Of a stretch of DNA of 31,845 nt, positions 1-8,152 are shown piece by piece. The stretch spans positions 1 to 31,845 of the IMG/VR virus record IMGVR_UViG_3300020045_002087; one strand, written 5' to 3'. A program made the position numbers and the translations under genes. A model generated the notes under the pieces. It saw nothing but the letters and a program-made list of their open reading frames with translations, did not search any database and had not been told where the DNA came from. This stretch comes from a virus. Its lineage: Duplodnaviria; Caudoviricetes. The stretch's first letter is position 1. Each line of letters opens with the position of its first letter.

Positions 1-357
1 CCCACCGATACATCCTACATGCACCTTCTTGCCAAGCAGGATTTGCTTGATGATCCATGTGGTCATCTGCTTGAATTGATCCGCATCAGAGGGGATGCCC
101 ATATCGGGAATCGAGAACAGAAAAGACTCCCCTGAAACCCACGGGAACGCTTTAGGCGACTTTTCGATGCTGTAGTCGAGGCCGATGTATATGTCCGCAT
201 CCGAAACGGCTGGGTGGCTACAGGAGCCTCCGTGGATCACCATCCCATCTTTCAGGGGAAGTGGCTTGTGTGACTCGTAGCACCGGGGGGCGAATTTGGT
301 GTGCGACTTCCCGAACCGATCAGGGTACTCAAAGTCTTCATCGAAATGCTTGCTCAT
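1..357 (-). CDS. Protein-tyrosine/dual-specificity phosphatase-like protein (3' end runs off window)
   Basis: Not in ORF track. ATG at 357 overlaps the upstream stop (ATGA). Translates MSKHFDEDFEY...FSIPDMGIP...KKVHVGCIGG at the edge, i.e. acid loop plus the start of a CX5R P-loop. Confidence 0.8.
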   Translation of the reverse strand, partial: MSKHFDEDFEYPDRFGKSHTKFAPRCYESHKPLPLKDGMVIHGGSCSHPAVSDADIYIGLDYSIEKSPKAFPWVSGESFLFSIPDMGIPSDADQFKQMTTWIIKQILLGKKVHVGCIGG

Positions 358-1460
358 GGCCTTACCTCCGTTAATTTGACTTTCAACCCCGGCATGATCG
401 TCACCCACCCAGAGGCTTCCTTGGATTCCTTAATCGCTTGCTGCTTCTGCTTGATCTTCTCCACCTCCAGCTTGGCCTTGAACTTGCTGGGGTAGCCGTG
501 CTTGGCTACCTGTGCGTCCTTCTGATTCTTGTAGGATTTCAGGGCACCAAGTTCCTCCACTAGGAACCAATCCACATGGCCCTCAAAGGATGACCCGAGG
601 ATTCCACGGCACATGTCCCATGCCGACAACACCGACCCATCCGACCCGAGGCTTACCTCGTGAGATGCAATTAATTGCGGTATCTGCCCTGACCGCTGCA
701 CATCGAGAATCTTGTAGATGTCCCCACTGTAGTTCTCGTACAGCATCCCTTTGTTGAAGATGGGGCCGTTGTTATGGCACAGGGTAAAGGCGGTATCCAT
801 CATCATCTCCGCAGTGATCTTCCCCACCACGAAGTCCCTTAAAACGTCGGCCACATTGCCCCAAGCCTTGCCCCCGTAACCACTCTGATAGTTCCCGGTG
901 TGGAACACCTCGCACAGGTACTCCACGTACTGCCCTATGGGCATCTGGGGTTTGGATGAGCGGAAGGTGGATGCTGCTCCCTCCGAACTTTGATGGCGGA
1001 TGTTGCTGAACAACTCGGAGACATACGACCCGTACTTGGCCTTCATGGCGAGCCAGTAGGGATCGCTGGGGGAGTGCTTCTCATGCCTGCTTTCACGGGT
1101 GCATATCAGGAGCATGTAGAAGAACATCCTCACCGATCTGGCTGACAAGTTCCAATGGTACGCATCGAGGATGGGCAGGTACTCCCCCAGAGGCTCGTAC
1201 AGGTGCTTGCGCTGACGAACCACACTCACGGCATGGTTCAACAGGTAGAACATCAGGGCATCCCTTTCAGGAGAACCCTTGATCTTCTCGGCCACTTGCA
1301 CCCCGATGAGGTGAGTCATGCTGGCGTCCGAATCCTTCATGTAGGTGTTCAGACTATCCACCACCGTGCTCAAAGGAACCGCGCTCATGTTGCGGAACTG
1401 GAGTGCTGGCCTTACGCCCAATTGAAACGCCAGCGTGTCAGCCCTTAGACTTTGCTTCAT
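354..1460 (-). CDS. Hypothetical protein (~368 aa) of the dikinase/phosphatase module
   Basis: ATG 1460 after SD hairpin and promoter; motif-like segments YGGKAW and TLCHNNGPIFNKG; function unknown. Confidence 0.8.
   Translation of the reverse strand: MKQSLRADTLAFQLGVRPALQFRNMSAVPLSTVVDSLNTYMKDSDASMTHLIGVQVAEKIKGSPERDALMFYLLNHAVSVVRQRKHLYEPLGEYLPILDAYHWNLSARSVRMFFYMLLICTRESRHEKHSPSDPYWLAMKAKYGSYVSELFSNIRHQSSEGAASTFRSSKPQMPIGQYVEYLCEVFHTGNYQSGYGGKAWGNVADVLRDFVVGKITAEMMMDTAFTLCHNNGPIFNKGMLYENYSGDIYKILDVQRSGQIPQLIASHEVSLGSDGSVLSAWDMCRGILGSSFEGHVDWFLVEELGALKSYKNQKDAQVAKHGYPSKFKAKLEVEKIKQKQQAIKESKEASGWVTIMPGLKVKLTEVRP
666..679. repeat. 14-bp palindrome copy (intragenic)
   Basis: TGCAATTAATTGCG. 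Confidence 0.7.
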
Positions 1461-1461
1461 T

Positions 1462-1477
1462 AGCACCTCCTTGTGCT
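1462..1477 (-). promoter_or_regulatory. SD hairpin (CsrA/RsmA-type site)
   Basis: AGCAC-AAGGAG-GTGCT. Confidence 0.7.
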
Positions 1478-1490
1478 TGTTGATACATGG

Positions 1491-1518
1491 ATAATACCAG
1501 AATTGCGCCGTTTGTCAA
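1491..1518 (-). promoter_or_regulatory. Repeated sigma70-like promoter P1
   Basis: TTGACA-AACGGCGCAATTCTGG-TATTAT. Confidence 0.85.
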
Positions 1519-2090
1519 ATGATTTTGAACAGCTTCAGCAGTCGGGTAATGAAGTCGTCCTGCGCCGCCACCGGCACGGGGGCAACGTAGTGGTGCGGGG
1601 CCACCAGCAGCTTGTACCACTCAATCACCTCGGCAGTGTCGAAGCCGCGAACATACGCCCGTTGCTCCTCGGTTTCGATGGCATGCGAACTGTAGTCCCG
1701 GCGCACCACCTTCACGGGATCGGGGTAGGGAACCTCCACCCCAACCGCTGCCGTTTGAACTTCGTAATCCTGCATCGCCTTGACCATGCACCCCATGAAC
1801 AACCCGGTACGGCCCACGCCACCCCAGCAGCCGACATAGATGTCCTTGCCGTTGTACAACTCGCTGAGTGCAAAGCACAGGCCCTTCACCATGGCTGCTG
1901 GCTCAGGCACCGAGAAATCGACGGTATCCACGGCCATATCATGCGGATGGTTAATCTCCACGGCCATCTTGATCCCGGACAGGCGGCGGGTATGCGGGGC
2001 AAAGGACTTGAACGGGCCACCGAAGATGGTGCCCTCCACGTAGGGCAGTGTCACATGGATGCCATTACTCAGATTCATTTGATTCGACAT
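1515..2090 (-). CDS. Dual-specificity/protein-tyrosine phosphatase family protein
   Basis: VDFSVP acid loop, YVGCWGGVGRTG CX5R motif, AIETEEQ loop; AGGAG SD before ATG 2090. Confidence 0.9.
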   Translation of the reverse strand: MSNQMNLSNGIHVTLPYVEGTIFGGPFKSFAPHTRRLSGIKMAVEINHPHDMAVDTVDFSVPEPAAMVKGLCFALSELYNGKDIYVGCWGGVGRTGLFMGCMVKAMQDYEVQTAAVGVEVPYPDPVKVVRRDYSSHAIETEEQRAYVRGFDTAEVIEWYKLLVAPHHYVAPVPVAAQDDFITRLLKLFKII

Positions 2091-2098
2091 GCTTTCTC

Positions 2099-2494
2099 CT
2101 AACAGTCTGGACATTTTGAGGTCACGGAAATGTACCCTTTGACACACTCGCCACAACCATATCCGCTACAGGCTGGGCAGGGTTCTTTGACGGTGATGCT
2201 CTTCTTGTCTTTGCAGGACAAGCAGGGTGGCGTCACCTCGTACAGCTTGCTTCGCAGGATGGGAAGGCCGGGAGCATCCACCAGCACCACAGACAACCCA
2301 GCCCGTTTGCTTTTTGGCACCCCCTGCTTCACCTTGGCTCCGGGAAGTAGGGTAGTCCAGTTATCGGGGGACAGGGCGCACGTAGCGCCTCCGTCTGCCA
2401 TTAGGGTGATTCCCGTGGGGCCAGATGTAACCGACACCCGAACGTCACCCACGAAGAATTCCTGACCATCACGAAAAGTTAAAACTAGCGACAT
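2099..2494 (-). CDS. Divergent CsrA/RsmA-like protein with internal insertion and C-terminal Cys-rich Zn finger
   Basis: LVLTFRDGQEFFVGD-VRVSV and VVLVDAPG-LPILRSKLY resemble the N- and C-terminal halves of CsrA; four CxxC at the C-terminus. Confidence 0.6.
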   Translation of the reverse strand: MSLVLTFRDGQEFFVGDVRVSVTSGPTGITLMADGGATCALSPDNWTTLLPGAKVKQGVPKSKRAGLSVVLVDAPGLPILRSKLYEVTPPCLSCKDKKSITVKEPCPACSGYGCGECVKGYISVTSKCPDC

Positions 2495-4707
2495 TACTTA
2501 GCCCCGCTTAAAAGGTCGTACCAGTAGATAGGGGTGGGGGACTTGCTATTGCCCTTCTTACCCAAGAGTTTCAACAGTTTCTTGTACGCTTCCATGCCCC
2601 CAAATACATGCTTGAGGACTACATCCGAAACGTCCAAGGGGCCTTCAAATGCCATCAAGTCGGCCACGGTATTGACAGCGCCCATCATACGCACTCCCGA
2701 CGCCTTCAGGTCATTCATCAAGGAGGGGGTAATGCCCAATGGGAGCTTCACGAACACCTTGGCCCTCGTATCAGGGTGCCACTGTGCAATTGACTGCACT
2801 TTCAAGTTCATAGCCGGTACGGCTTGATCCACTCCGAAGATGGTGTTGAGCACCAAGTCACAGGGGGCCAAGTAGTCGCTCAGGGTCTTCAGATCAACGA
2901 TGATCTCCTCCGCTTTTCCCGCCTCCAGAGCGAGAGCTTGGCCCAGCACCTTGAGCCTGTATGCGATGGCGGTTTGAGAGCATGCCCCGGTGCCTTCCAA
3001 CAAGGCCGTGTCAATGAACAGGGACTTGGAGGTTGTAGCCGCCACGGAGTCAGACATCTCTTTCAAGTCCATGTGGTAACTGAGTTCAAGGCGCTCGGTG
3101 AATTCTGAGCCGGTGGCCCAAGACAAGATTTCATTCACCGCCTCCCCCTTCTCCCCGGACAGAACTGGCACATCCGTGGCGAACCACACGTTACCTGTGG
3201 TTCCGTCAATGGTCACCTTCACGAACTGATTGACTGTGATCGAGGATACCGTGTGGCAGTACCCCTCCTCGACGATCAGGTCAGTGCAACCAACCACGCA
3301 GGTCTTGTTCATCCCCCGTGCCACCACCGCTGCATGGGAGGTCAAGCCTCCGGTTGCGGTCAGGATGCCCACGCAAGCATTGATCCCGGCGATGTCGTCA
3401 GGGTCGGTTTCCTTGCGGATCAGGATGCACGGCTCCTTGCAATTGATTGCAGCGTCCGAGGTGAAGACGGCCACACCAGAGGTTACCCCTCCGCCTGCTG
3501 GGATGCCCGTTAGGTGGGCTTTCTCCTTGAAGGTGGGGTCGATTGTGTCCTGCAACACCGAGAGAAGCTGGGACTGCGTAACTCGCTTTACAGCGTCCGC
3601 CTTGGAGATGATCCCCTCGTTGGCGAGGTCAAAGGCGATCTGGAAGGATGCCTTCGGGCTGCGCTTACCATTCCGAGTTTGCAACAGGTACAGCTTGCCG
3701 TCTTGAATGGTAAATTCAACGTCCTGCATGTCCTTGTAGTTCTGTTCCAGAGCCACCAAGAGTTCCACCAGTTGATCGTGAATCTCGGAATTCCACTCAG
3801 CCATGAGGCCAATAGGCTGGGGGGTACGGATACCGGCAACTACGTCCTCTCCCTGTGCGTTTATCAGGAATTCGCCTTCTGGGAATGGGGTTCCCGTGCT
3901 GGGGCAGCGAGTGAAGACAACTCCCGTAGCCGAATTGTCGTTCAGGTTGCCGAACACCATGGACTGCACGGTGACTGCTGTGCCCCAATCATCAGAATAC
4001 CCGTGAATCTTGCGGTACTCCACGGCTCGGGGGTTATTCCAAGACTGGAACACCGCTTCAATTGCCCCCATCAACTGCTCACCGGGAGTGTCCGGGAACG
4101 TCTGACCTTGGGTTCCTACGATCTTCAGGAAGCGGGAGCACAGGCGCTTCAGGTGGTCACCCGATAGCTCGGCGTCGAACTTCACCCCTGCGTCGTGGCG
4201 CATCTCTGCAAGGGCATCCTCGAAGTGCTCCATGGGAACTCCCAAGGCCACCGACGAGTACATCTGGATCAGTCTGCGGTATGAGTCGTAAGCCGTGCGG
4301 TCACCAAGGCGTTCAGCCCAATCACCTATGGTATCGCTTGTGATGCCTACGTTCAGGATTGTGTCCATCATCCCCGGCATTGATACCCGTGAGCCTGAGC
4401 GGACTGACAACAGGGGAGTGTAGCCAAACTCCTTAGTCAGGTACTCGATCCCAGCCACCGCCTCGTTCATTACGCCTACCTTCAGGGCGGCTTTCAACGC
4501 GGCATTTGACTTCACCTTCTGGTAATGCACCGACACGCTACAGGGGATAGTGAAGCCGGAGGGGACTGGGAGGCCAAGGGATGCCATCTCAGCAAGGTTG
4601 GCCCCCTTTCCACCCAACAGGTTCTTCATGCTGGCGTCCCCATCTGTCTGGGAACCAAACAGATAAATGGCGTATGGGGAATTGGTATTGCTGGTCTTTG
4701 CTTCCAC
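2494..4707 (-). CDS. Pyruvate phosphate dikinase-like protein (ATP-grasp + phospho-His domains; non-canonical C-terminal domain)
   Basis: LLGGKGANL, SVRSG..SMPGMMDT, QGEDVVAG, DVEFT, LLQTR, GGLTSHAAVVARG; the PEP/pyruvate barrel motifs are absent. Confidence 0.93.
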   Translation of the reverse strand: MEAKTSNTNSPYAIYLFGSQTDGDASMKNLLGGKGANLAEMASLGLPVPSGFTIPCSVSVHYQKVKSNAALKAALKVGVMNEAVAGIEYLTKEFGYTPLLSVRSGSRVSMPGMMDTILNVGITSDTIGDWAERLGDRTAYDSYRRLIQMYSSVALGVPMEHFEDALAEMRHDAGVKFDAELSGDHLKRLCSRFLKIVGTQGQTFPDTPGEQLMGAIEAVFQSWNNPRAVEYRKIHGYSDDWGTAVTVQSMVFGNLNDNSATGVVFTRCPSTGTPFPEGEFLINAQGEDVVAGIRTPQPIGLMAEWNSEIHDQLVELLVALEQNYKDMQDVEFTIQDGKLYLLQTRNGKRSPKASFQIAFDLANEGIISKADAVKRVTQSQLLSVLQDTIDPTFKEKAHLTGIPAGGGVTSGVAVFTSDAAINCKEPCILIRKETDPDDIAGINACVGILTATGGLTSHAAVVARGMNKTCVVGCTDLIVEEGYCHTVSSITVNQFVKVTIDGTTGNVWFATDVPVLSGEKGEAVNEILSWATGSEFTERLELSYHMDLKEMSDSVAATTSKSLFIDTALLEGTGACSQTAIAYRLKVLGQALALEAGKAEEIIVDLKTLSDYLAPCDLVLNTIFGVDQAVPAMNLKVQSIAQWHPDTRAKVFVKLPLGITPSLMNDLKASGVRMMGAVNTVADLMAFEGPLDVSDVVLKHVFGGMEAYKKLLKLLGKKGNSKSPTPIYWYDLLSGAK
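2785..2798. repeat. 14-bp palindrome copy (intragenic)
   Basis: TGCAATTGACTGCA. Confidence 0.55.
3438..3451. repeat. 14-bp palindrome copy (intragenic)
   Basis: TGCAATTGATTGCA. Confidence 0.65.
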
Positions 4708-4710
4708 TTT

Positions 4711-4724
4711 GCACCTCCTTGTGC
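4711..4724 (-). promoter_or_regulatory. SD hairpin (CsrA/RsmA-type site)
   Basis: GCAC-AAGGAG-GTGC. Confidence 0.7.
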
Positions 4725-4740
4725 GTTTGGGATTGATGAG

Positions 4741-4768
4741 ATTATGCCAGAATCTAAAAGTTTGTCAA
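4741..4768 (-). promoter_or_regulatory. Repeated sigma70-like promoter P2
   Basis: TTGACA-AACTTTTAGATTCTGG-CATAAT. Confidence 0.85.
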
Positions 4769-4776
4769 GCGGTATT

Positions 4777-5334
4777 TCATGGGCCGAGGTCGGGGCCTAC
4801 CCACCAGTTCATGAAGGCATGAGCCTGACAACGCAAGTCGTCCATCGTGCCATCATTGACTATGCGGTAGTCGTAGCCATTACGGTAGATGATCCCCTTC
4901 TCGGATGAATGATCCCCAGCCACGCATCCGGGGCGAAGTAGGTGAATGATCGTGCCGCCTTCCTTGCGAATCCAAGCGGCCTCGTTCTCGTAGCGGACAT
5001 CCGTAATGATCAGTGCTTCGTTGCGGATTACTGACTCCCGCCACACCGGCTTCAGCGGGTCAATGAACAGGTCATCACCGAACACCGGGCGCAGGCCATC
5101 ATTCACCTTAGTCATTACCTCCCGAGGGATCACCCCTGTGTCCTCCCATGGAACGTCCTTGGTGTTGTCGTCGTAGAACACCGCCAAAGGGATACCTGAG
5201 ATGGTGTGCGAGATTTGCTTCACCGTATCCCCGAAAGCAGCCATGCGGGTGGTGGTTCCCATGATCTTCGCCAGCATGTCGCCAAGGGTGTTCTTCCCGC
5301 ACCGCTTGAAGCCCTGAATGCCTAAGAGTTGCAT
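4777..5334 (-). CDS. Deoxynucleoside monophosphate kinase (T4 gp1-like)
   Basis: P-loop GFKRCGKNT, AFGDTVKQ, IITDVRYENEA, H.SE. Confidence 0.88.
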   Translation of the reverse strand: MQLLGIQGFKRCGKNTLGDMLAKIMGTTTRMAAFGDTVKQISHTISGIPLAVFYDDNTKDVPWEDTGVIPREVMTKVNDGLRPVFGDDLFIDPLKPVWRESVIRNEALIITDVRYENEAAWIRKEGGTIIHLLRPGCVAGDHSSEKGIIYRNGYDYRIVNDGTMDDLRCQAHAFMNWWVGPDLGP

Positions 5335-5714
5335 TTCGTCATCTCCTCGATAATCTGTGCCACTTCTTCCACCGTGGCATCATGAGGCTCGATACCCGCG
5401 ATCTTGCCCATGTCGAACAGGAAGTCCCGCAAGCCCTGCACCTCAGGGTCGTAGCCTTTCATGGCTTGGATTGCCGCCACCGGGATTCGATTGATCGTCA
5501 AGACGCCATCCTTGCCTGCCTTCTTGCAGCACAGAATGTGGGTGTTCTTCTGGGAGGTCGCCTGATCGGTCAATCCCTTGCCGATGTTCTGGGCACCGAT
5601 GTTCAGGATAGCCTTCTTCTCCGCTTCCACGCTGCTTGCGGCGGTCACAATGCGTTCCGATACTGACTCGTCACCATCAGTGTGCGAATACACCCGCCAA
5701 AGTTGCTCTACCAT
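5322..5714 (-). CDS. Hypothetical protein
   Basis: AAGGAG SD upstream; overlaps the start of the kinase gene; start may be 5714 or 5720. Confidence 0.65.
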   Translation of the reverse strand: MVEQLWRVYSHTDGDESVSERIVTAASSVEAEKKAILNIGAQNIGKGLTDQATSQKNTHILCCKKAGKDGVLTINRIPVAAIQAMKGYDPEVQGLRDFLFDMGKIAGIEPHDATVEEVAQIIEEMTKCNS

Positions 5715-5733
5715 TCCCATCTCCTTAAAGGAA

Positions 5734-5753
5734 CACGGAGCCGAAGCCCCGTG
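5734..5753 (-). terminator. Putative intrinsic terminator with C(UUCG)G hairpin
   Basis: CACGGGGC-TTCG-GCTCCGTG followed by TTCCTTT. Confidence 0.6.
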
Positions 5754-5765
5754 CAATTAATTTCA
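5752..5765. repeat. 14-bp palindrome copy (gene junction)
   Basis: TGCAATTAATTTCA. Confidence 0.7.
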
Positions 5766-6023
5766 CGCTACTTGAGTTCTTCCCGTGGGGGTCAGACCCT
5801 TCTCAGCCAAGTGGGCTTGCAGGGCTTGCACCTGCCGCCAGCGATGCCCGGCGAACTGGCACACCTGCTGCACGGCGATGCTGATGATCCTCATGTTCAT
5901 CTTGGTAACATCCCACTGGATGCTGTAGTCCTCCCCCTGCTCCTTGGCGTAAGTCATCAGAGCTTCCCGCACAACAGGACTCATGCGGATGGGGTTGAAA
6001 TGCTGGTGCTTAGGCTTGCCCAT
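5763..6023 (-). CDS. Hypothetical protein
   Basis: ATG immediately after the thyX stop. Confidence 0.6.
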   Translation of the reverse strand: MGKPKHQHFNPIRMSPVVREALMTYAKEQGEDYSIQWDVTKMNMRIISIAVQQVCQFAGHRWRQVQALQAHLAEKGLTPTGRTQVA

Positions 6024-6024
6024 G

Positions 6025-6810
6025 TCACACCTTCCCGTGCTTGAAGGTGATCTCGAAATGACCTTCCACCAGTTCCCGCTCGGCGTCGGCATAAATGGCC
6101 GGGTAACGGTCGGCCACCTGATCAAACACGCTGTTGAAGGTCAGGCGGATTTCTTCTTCGGCATGGCGACTGGTACGCATTTCCAGCACATGACGCAGAG
6201 CACGGTGGTTGAACGTGCATTCAATGTGGTTGGCGATCCCGTTGCCAATGACACGGCGGAAGGCGCTGGTCAGCTTCTTCTTGGTGGCAAAGTCTTGGCT
6301 GTCGATACGGCTGACTTCGGCCATCTTCTTGATGATCTTTTCCTGATGCAGGATAGCTTCCTCGAACAGACCGGCCAGTTCGATGTTTTCCTGAATGCAG
6401 GTCGGGAGCCAGAAGGGCAGGTCGTCAAGGCGCACGAAGCGTCCCGAGAGTTGCGAGTATGCTGCCCCGGCGCGATGGCGAACCAGTTCATGGGTCAGCA
6501 CACGAGACACGTTGGTCAGCATGAGATTGACCACACCATGCTCAAGAACACTGCCGTGCTTGGTGGCGATCAAGCCCTGCTGGATGTAGTCGAAGTTGTT
6601 GCGGGTGCCAACCTTCGTCAGGTTCTTGTTCAGGTCAGTGCTGAAGGACATGTAGCAGAGCTTGCCTGCCGCTTCAACGATGACCTCGGTGCCGGATTCG
6701 GCATCGGTTGTCCATTCAGGGACGCCAATCTCTTCAAGGAAGGCTTTGAATCCTGCCTCCATGAGGGTGGTTTCCCCGATGATGAACGCCTTGGGTTGAA
6801 CTAATTTCAT
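6025..6810 (-). CDS. thyX: Flavin-dependent thymidylate synthase
   Basis: HGSVLEH, SRVLTHELVRHR...SQLSGR, NHRALRHVLEMR...AEEEIR; GGAGGAG SD. Confidence 0.93.
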   Translation of the reverse strand: MKLVQPKAFIIGETTLMEAGFKAFLEEIGVPEWTTDAESGTEVIVEAAGKLCYMSFSTDLNKNLTKVGTRNNFDYIQQGLIATKHGSVLEHGVVNLMLTNVSRVLTHELVRHRAGAAYSQLSGRFVRLDDLPFWLPTCIQENIELAGLFEEAILHQEKIIKKMAEVSRIDSQDFATKKKLTSAFRRVIGNGIANHIECTFNHRALRHVLEMRTSRHAEEEIRLTFNSVFDQVADRYPAIYADAERELVEGHFEITFKHGKV

Positions 6811-7112
6811 TGTGACTCCTCCTGATGGTGGGTGTAAATCGGCCAGTGCTCCGCTTTGGAAACAACTCCGGCCAGAATGTCGTCGATGGACAGGTCGCAC
6901 AGGGTCTCCATGCGCCCCAGAACGAACTTCAGGTTACCAATCTCCGCGCCCAATTTGACGCGGTTGGTGATCCTTTGGGGGTCGTCAGGGTGGTAGGAGG
7001 CGTAGCCATGCCGCAGAACCTTCATAGCGGCTTGAACTATCTCCCCTGCCTCCTCGGCAAGACATTCGAGGCGTTCTTCCTCGGCGTCCGTCAGGCCATT
7101 GGTGGTGCTCAT
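6807..7112 (-). CDS. MazG-like nucleotide pyrophosphatase
   Basis: LAEEAGEIVQAAMKVLRHG...EIGNL. Confidence 0.75.
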   Translation of the reverse strand: MSTTNGLTDAEEERLECLAEEAGEIVQAAMKVLRHGYASYHPDDPQRITNRVKLGAEIGNLKFVLGRMETLCDLSIDDILAGVVSKAEHWPIYTHHQEESQ

Positions 7113-7522
7113 TTCCCGGCCCCGACTGAATGCACAAGCGGGATGCCACCGGGGCCAATGGGCATGTAAATCTGGGTATGGCTGGGGCTACCGGCCATGC
7201 GCTCTTGGGCCTTGATTGCTTCATGCTGCAAATAGCGATCAGTCAGAGAGGAGTTGATGATCTCCTGTGCGCTGGCAATGCCTTTGGCCTCCTCCACCCT
7301 GATCTCGGCCCGTTTCTGCTCCACCGTGATCAACTGAGCCTGCTGCTGGATTTTGATCTCGTTGAGGGTGACTTCGTTCTCGGCACTGGTTCGGGATTGG
7401 TAGCGCCAGAAGGCCGGAAAGGCGAACATGACTGCGATGACCAATACCACGAGAATAGCAATGACCATCACTGCTACGCCGATGGACTTACCGGAACTGA
7501 TGCTTCTTTCGTTATAACTCAT
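7109..7522 (-). CDS. Membrane-anchored coiled-coil protein (resembles the SPFH/prohibitin C-terminal region)
   Basis: N-terminal TM helix; RVEEAKGIASAQEIINSSLT..YL; IYMP...GIP. Confidence 0.65.
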   Translation of the reverse strand: MSYNERSISSGKSIGVAVMVIAILVVLVIAVMFAFPAFWRYQSRTSAENEVTLNEIKIQQQAQLITVEQKRAEIRVEEAKGIASAQEIINSSLTDRYLQHEAIKAQERMAGSPSHTQIYMPIGPGGIPLVHSVGAGK

Positions 7523-7572
7523 GGTGCTCTCCTTATGTCACAGTCACTCAGCTTACTGGAAGCAGTGTGACA

Positions 7573-8118
7573 TTACGCGATGGTGGCACCCGCTGCCTTG
7601 GATTCGGCGGCGTAGTCCCGGTTCTGGGCATGGGCAGCATTGAAGCGAAGATCGGGGTAACGCTTCTCCAGCTTCTTGATGTTCGACTCGGCCACAGCGA
7701 GGATGTCCAGCTTATACACCCAGCACAGCTTGGTCAGGTATTCAAGATACTTGACGGCGAGGTCTTCCAGATGTTCCTTGTCCATCACCTTGCCGTAGAA
7801 CACCCCCTTCTTCACGTAGTCGGTGAGGGTTGCCGCCGTGATCATCAGCTTCACGGTCAGACCACCCGAGTCGCCATTGCAAGGCAGCTTGTCAAACGGG
7901 ATGATCTCCGCATTGACCAGATGGAACAGGTTTGCCATGTACCACATGCAATCCCCGAGTTCCCCGATGGTGTGGTCATGGAAGCCGAAGCCCAACTCGG
8001 CCAACTCGCCAGCTTCCCCAGCCATGCCCATGGTGCAGTGGAGAACCTGCATTTGCCAAGGGTCGTCCTTCATGGTGCGGACGGCGAGTTCCCTGTACTC
8101 CTCCAAACTTTGAATCAT
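7573..8118 (-). CDS. MazG-like nucleotide pyrophosphohydrolase (tandem domain)
   Basis: GMAGEAGELAE, ELGDCMWY, DYVKKGVFYGK, NIKKLEKRYP. Confidence 0.85.
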   Translation of the reverse strand: MIQSLEEYRELAVRTMKDDPWQMQVLHCTMGMAGEAGELAELGFGFHDHTIGELGDCMWYMANLFHLVNAEIIPFDKLPCNGDSGGLTVKLMITAATLTDYVKKGVFYGKVMDKEHLEDLAVKYLEYLTKLCWVYKLDILAVAESNIKKLEKRYPDLRFNAAHAQNRDYAAESKAAGATIA

Positions 8119-8152
8119 ACCTACTCCTTCTGGTTGATGGGTGCTACTAGAA

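Noticed and set aside
2494-4707. Calling the gene ppdK as a functional carbon-metabolism AMG
   Set aside because: The pyruvate/PEP-binding barrel motifs are missing.
5983-6804. Long plus-strand ORFs (also 1473-2102, 3514-4167, 14380-15168, 20129-21016, 21674-22279)
   Set aside because: Antisense shadows of well-supported minus-strand genes; no recognisable motifs or plus-strand promoters.
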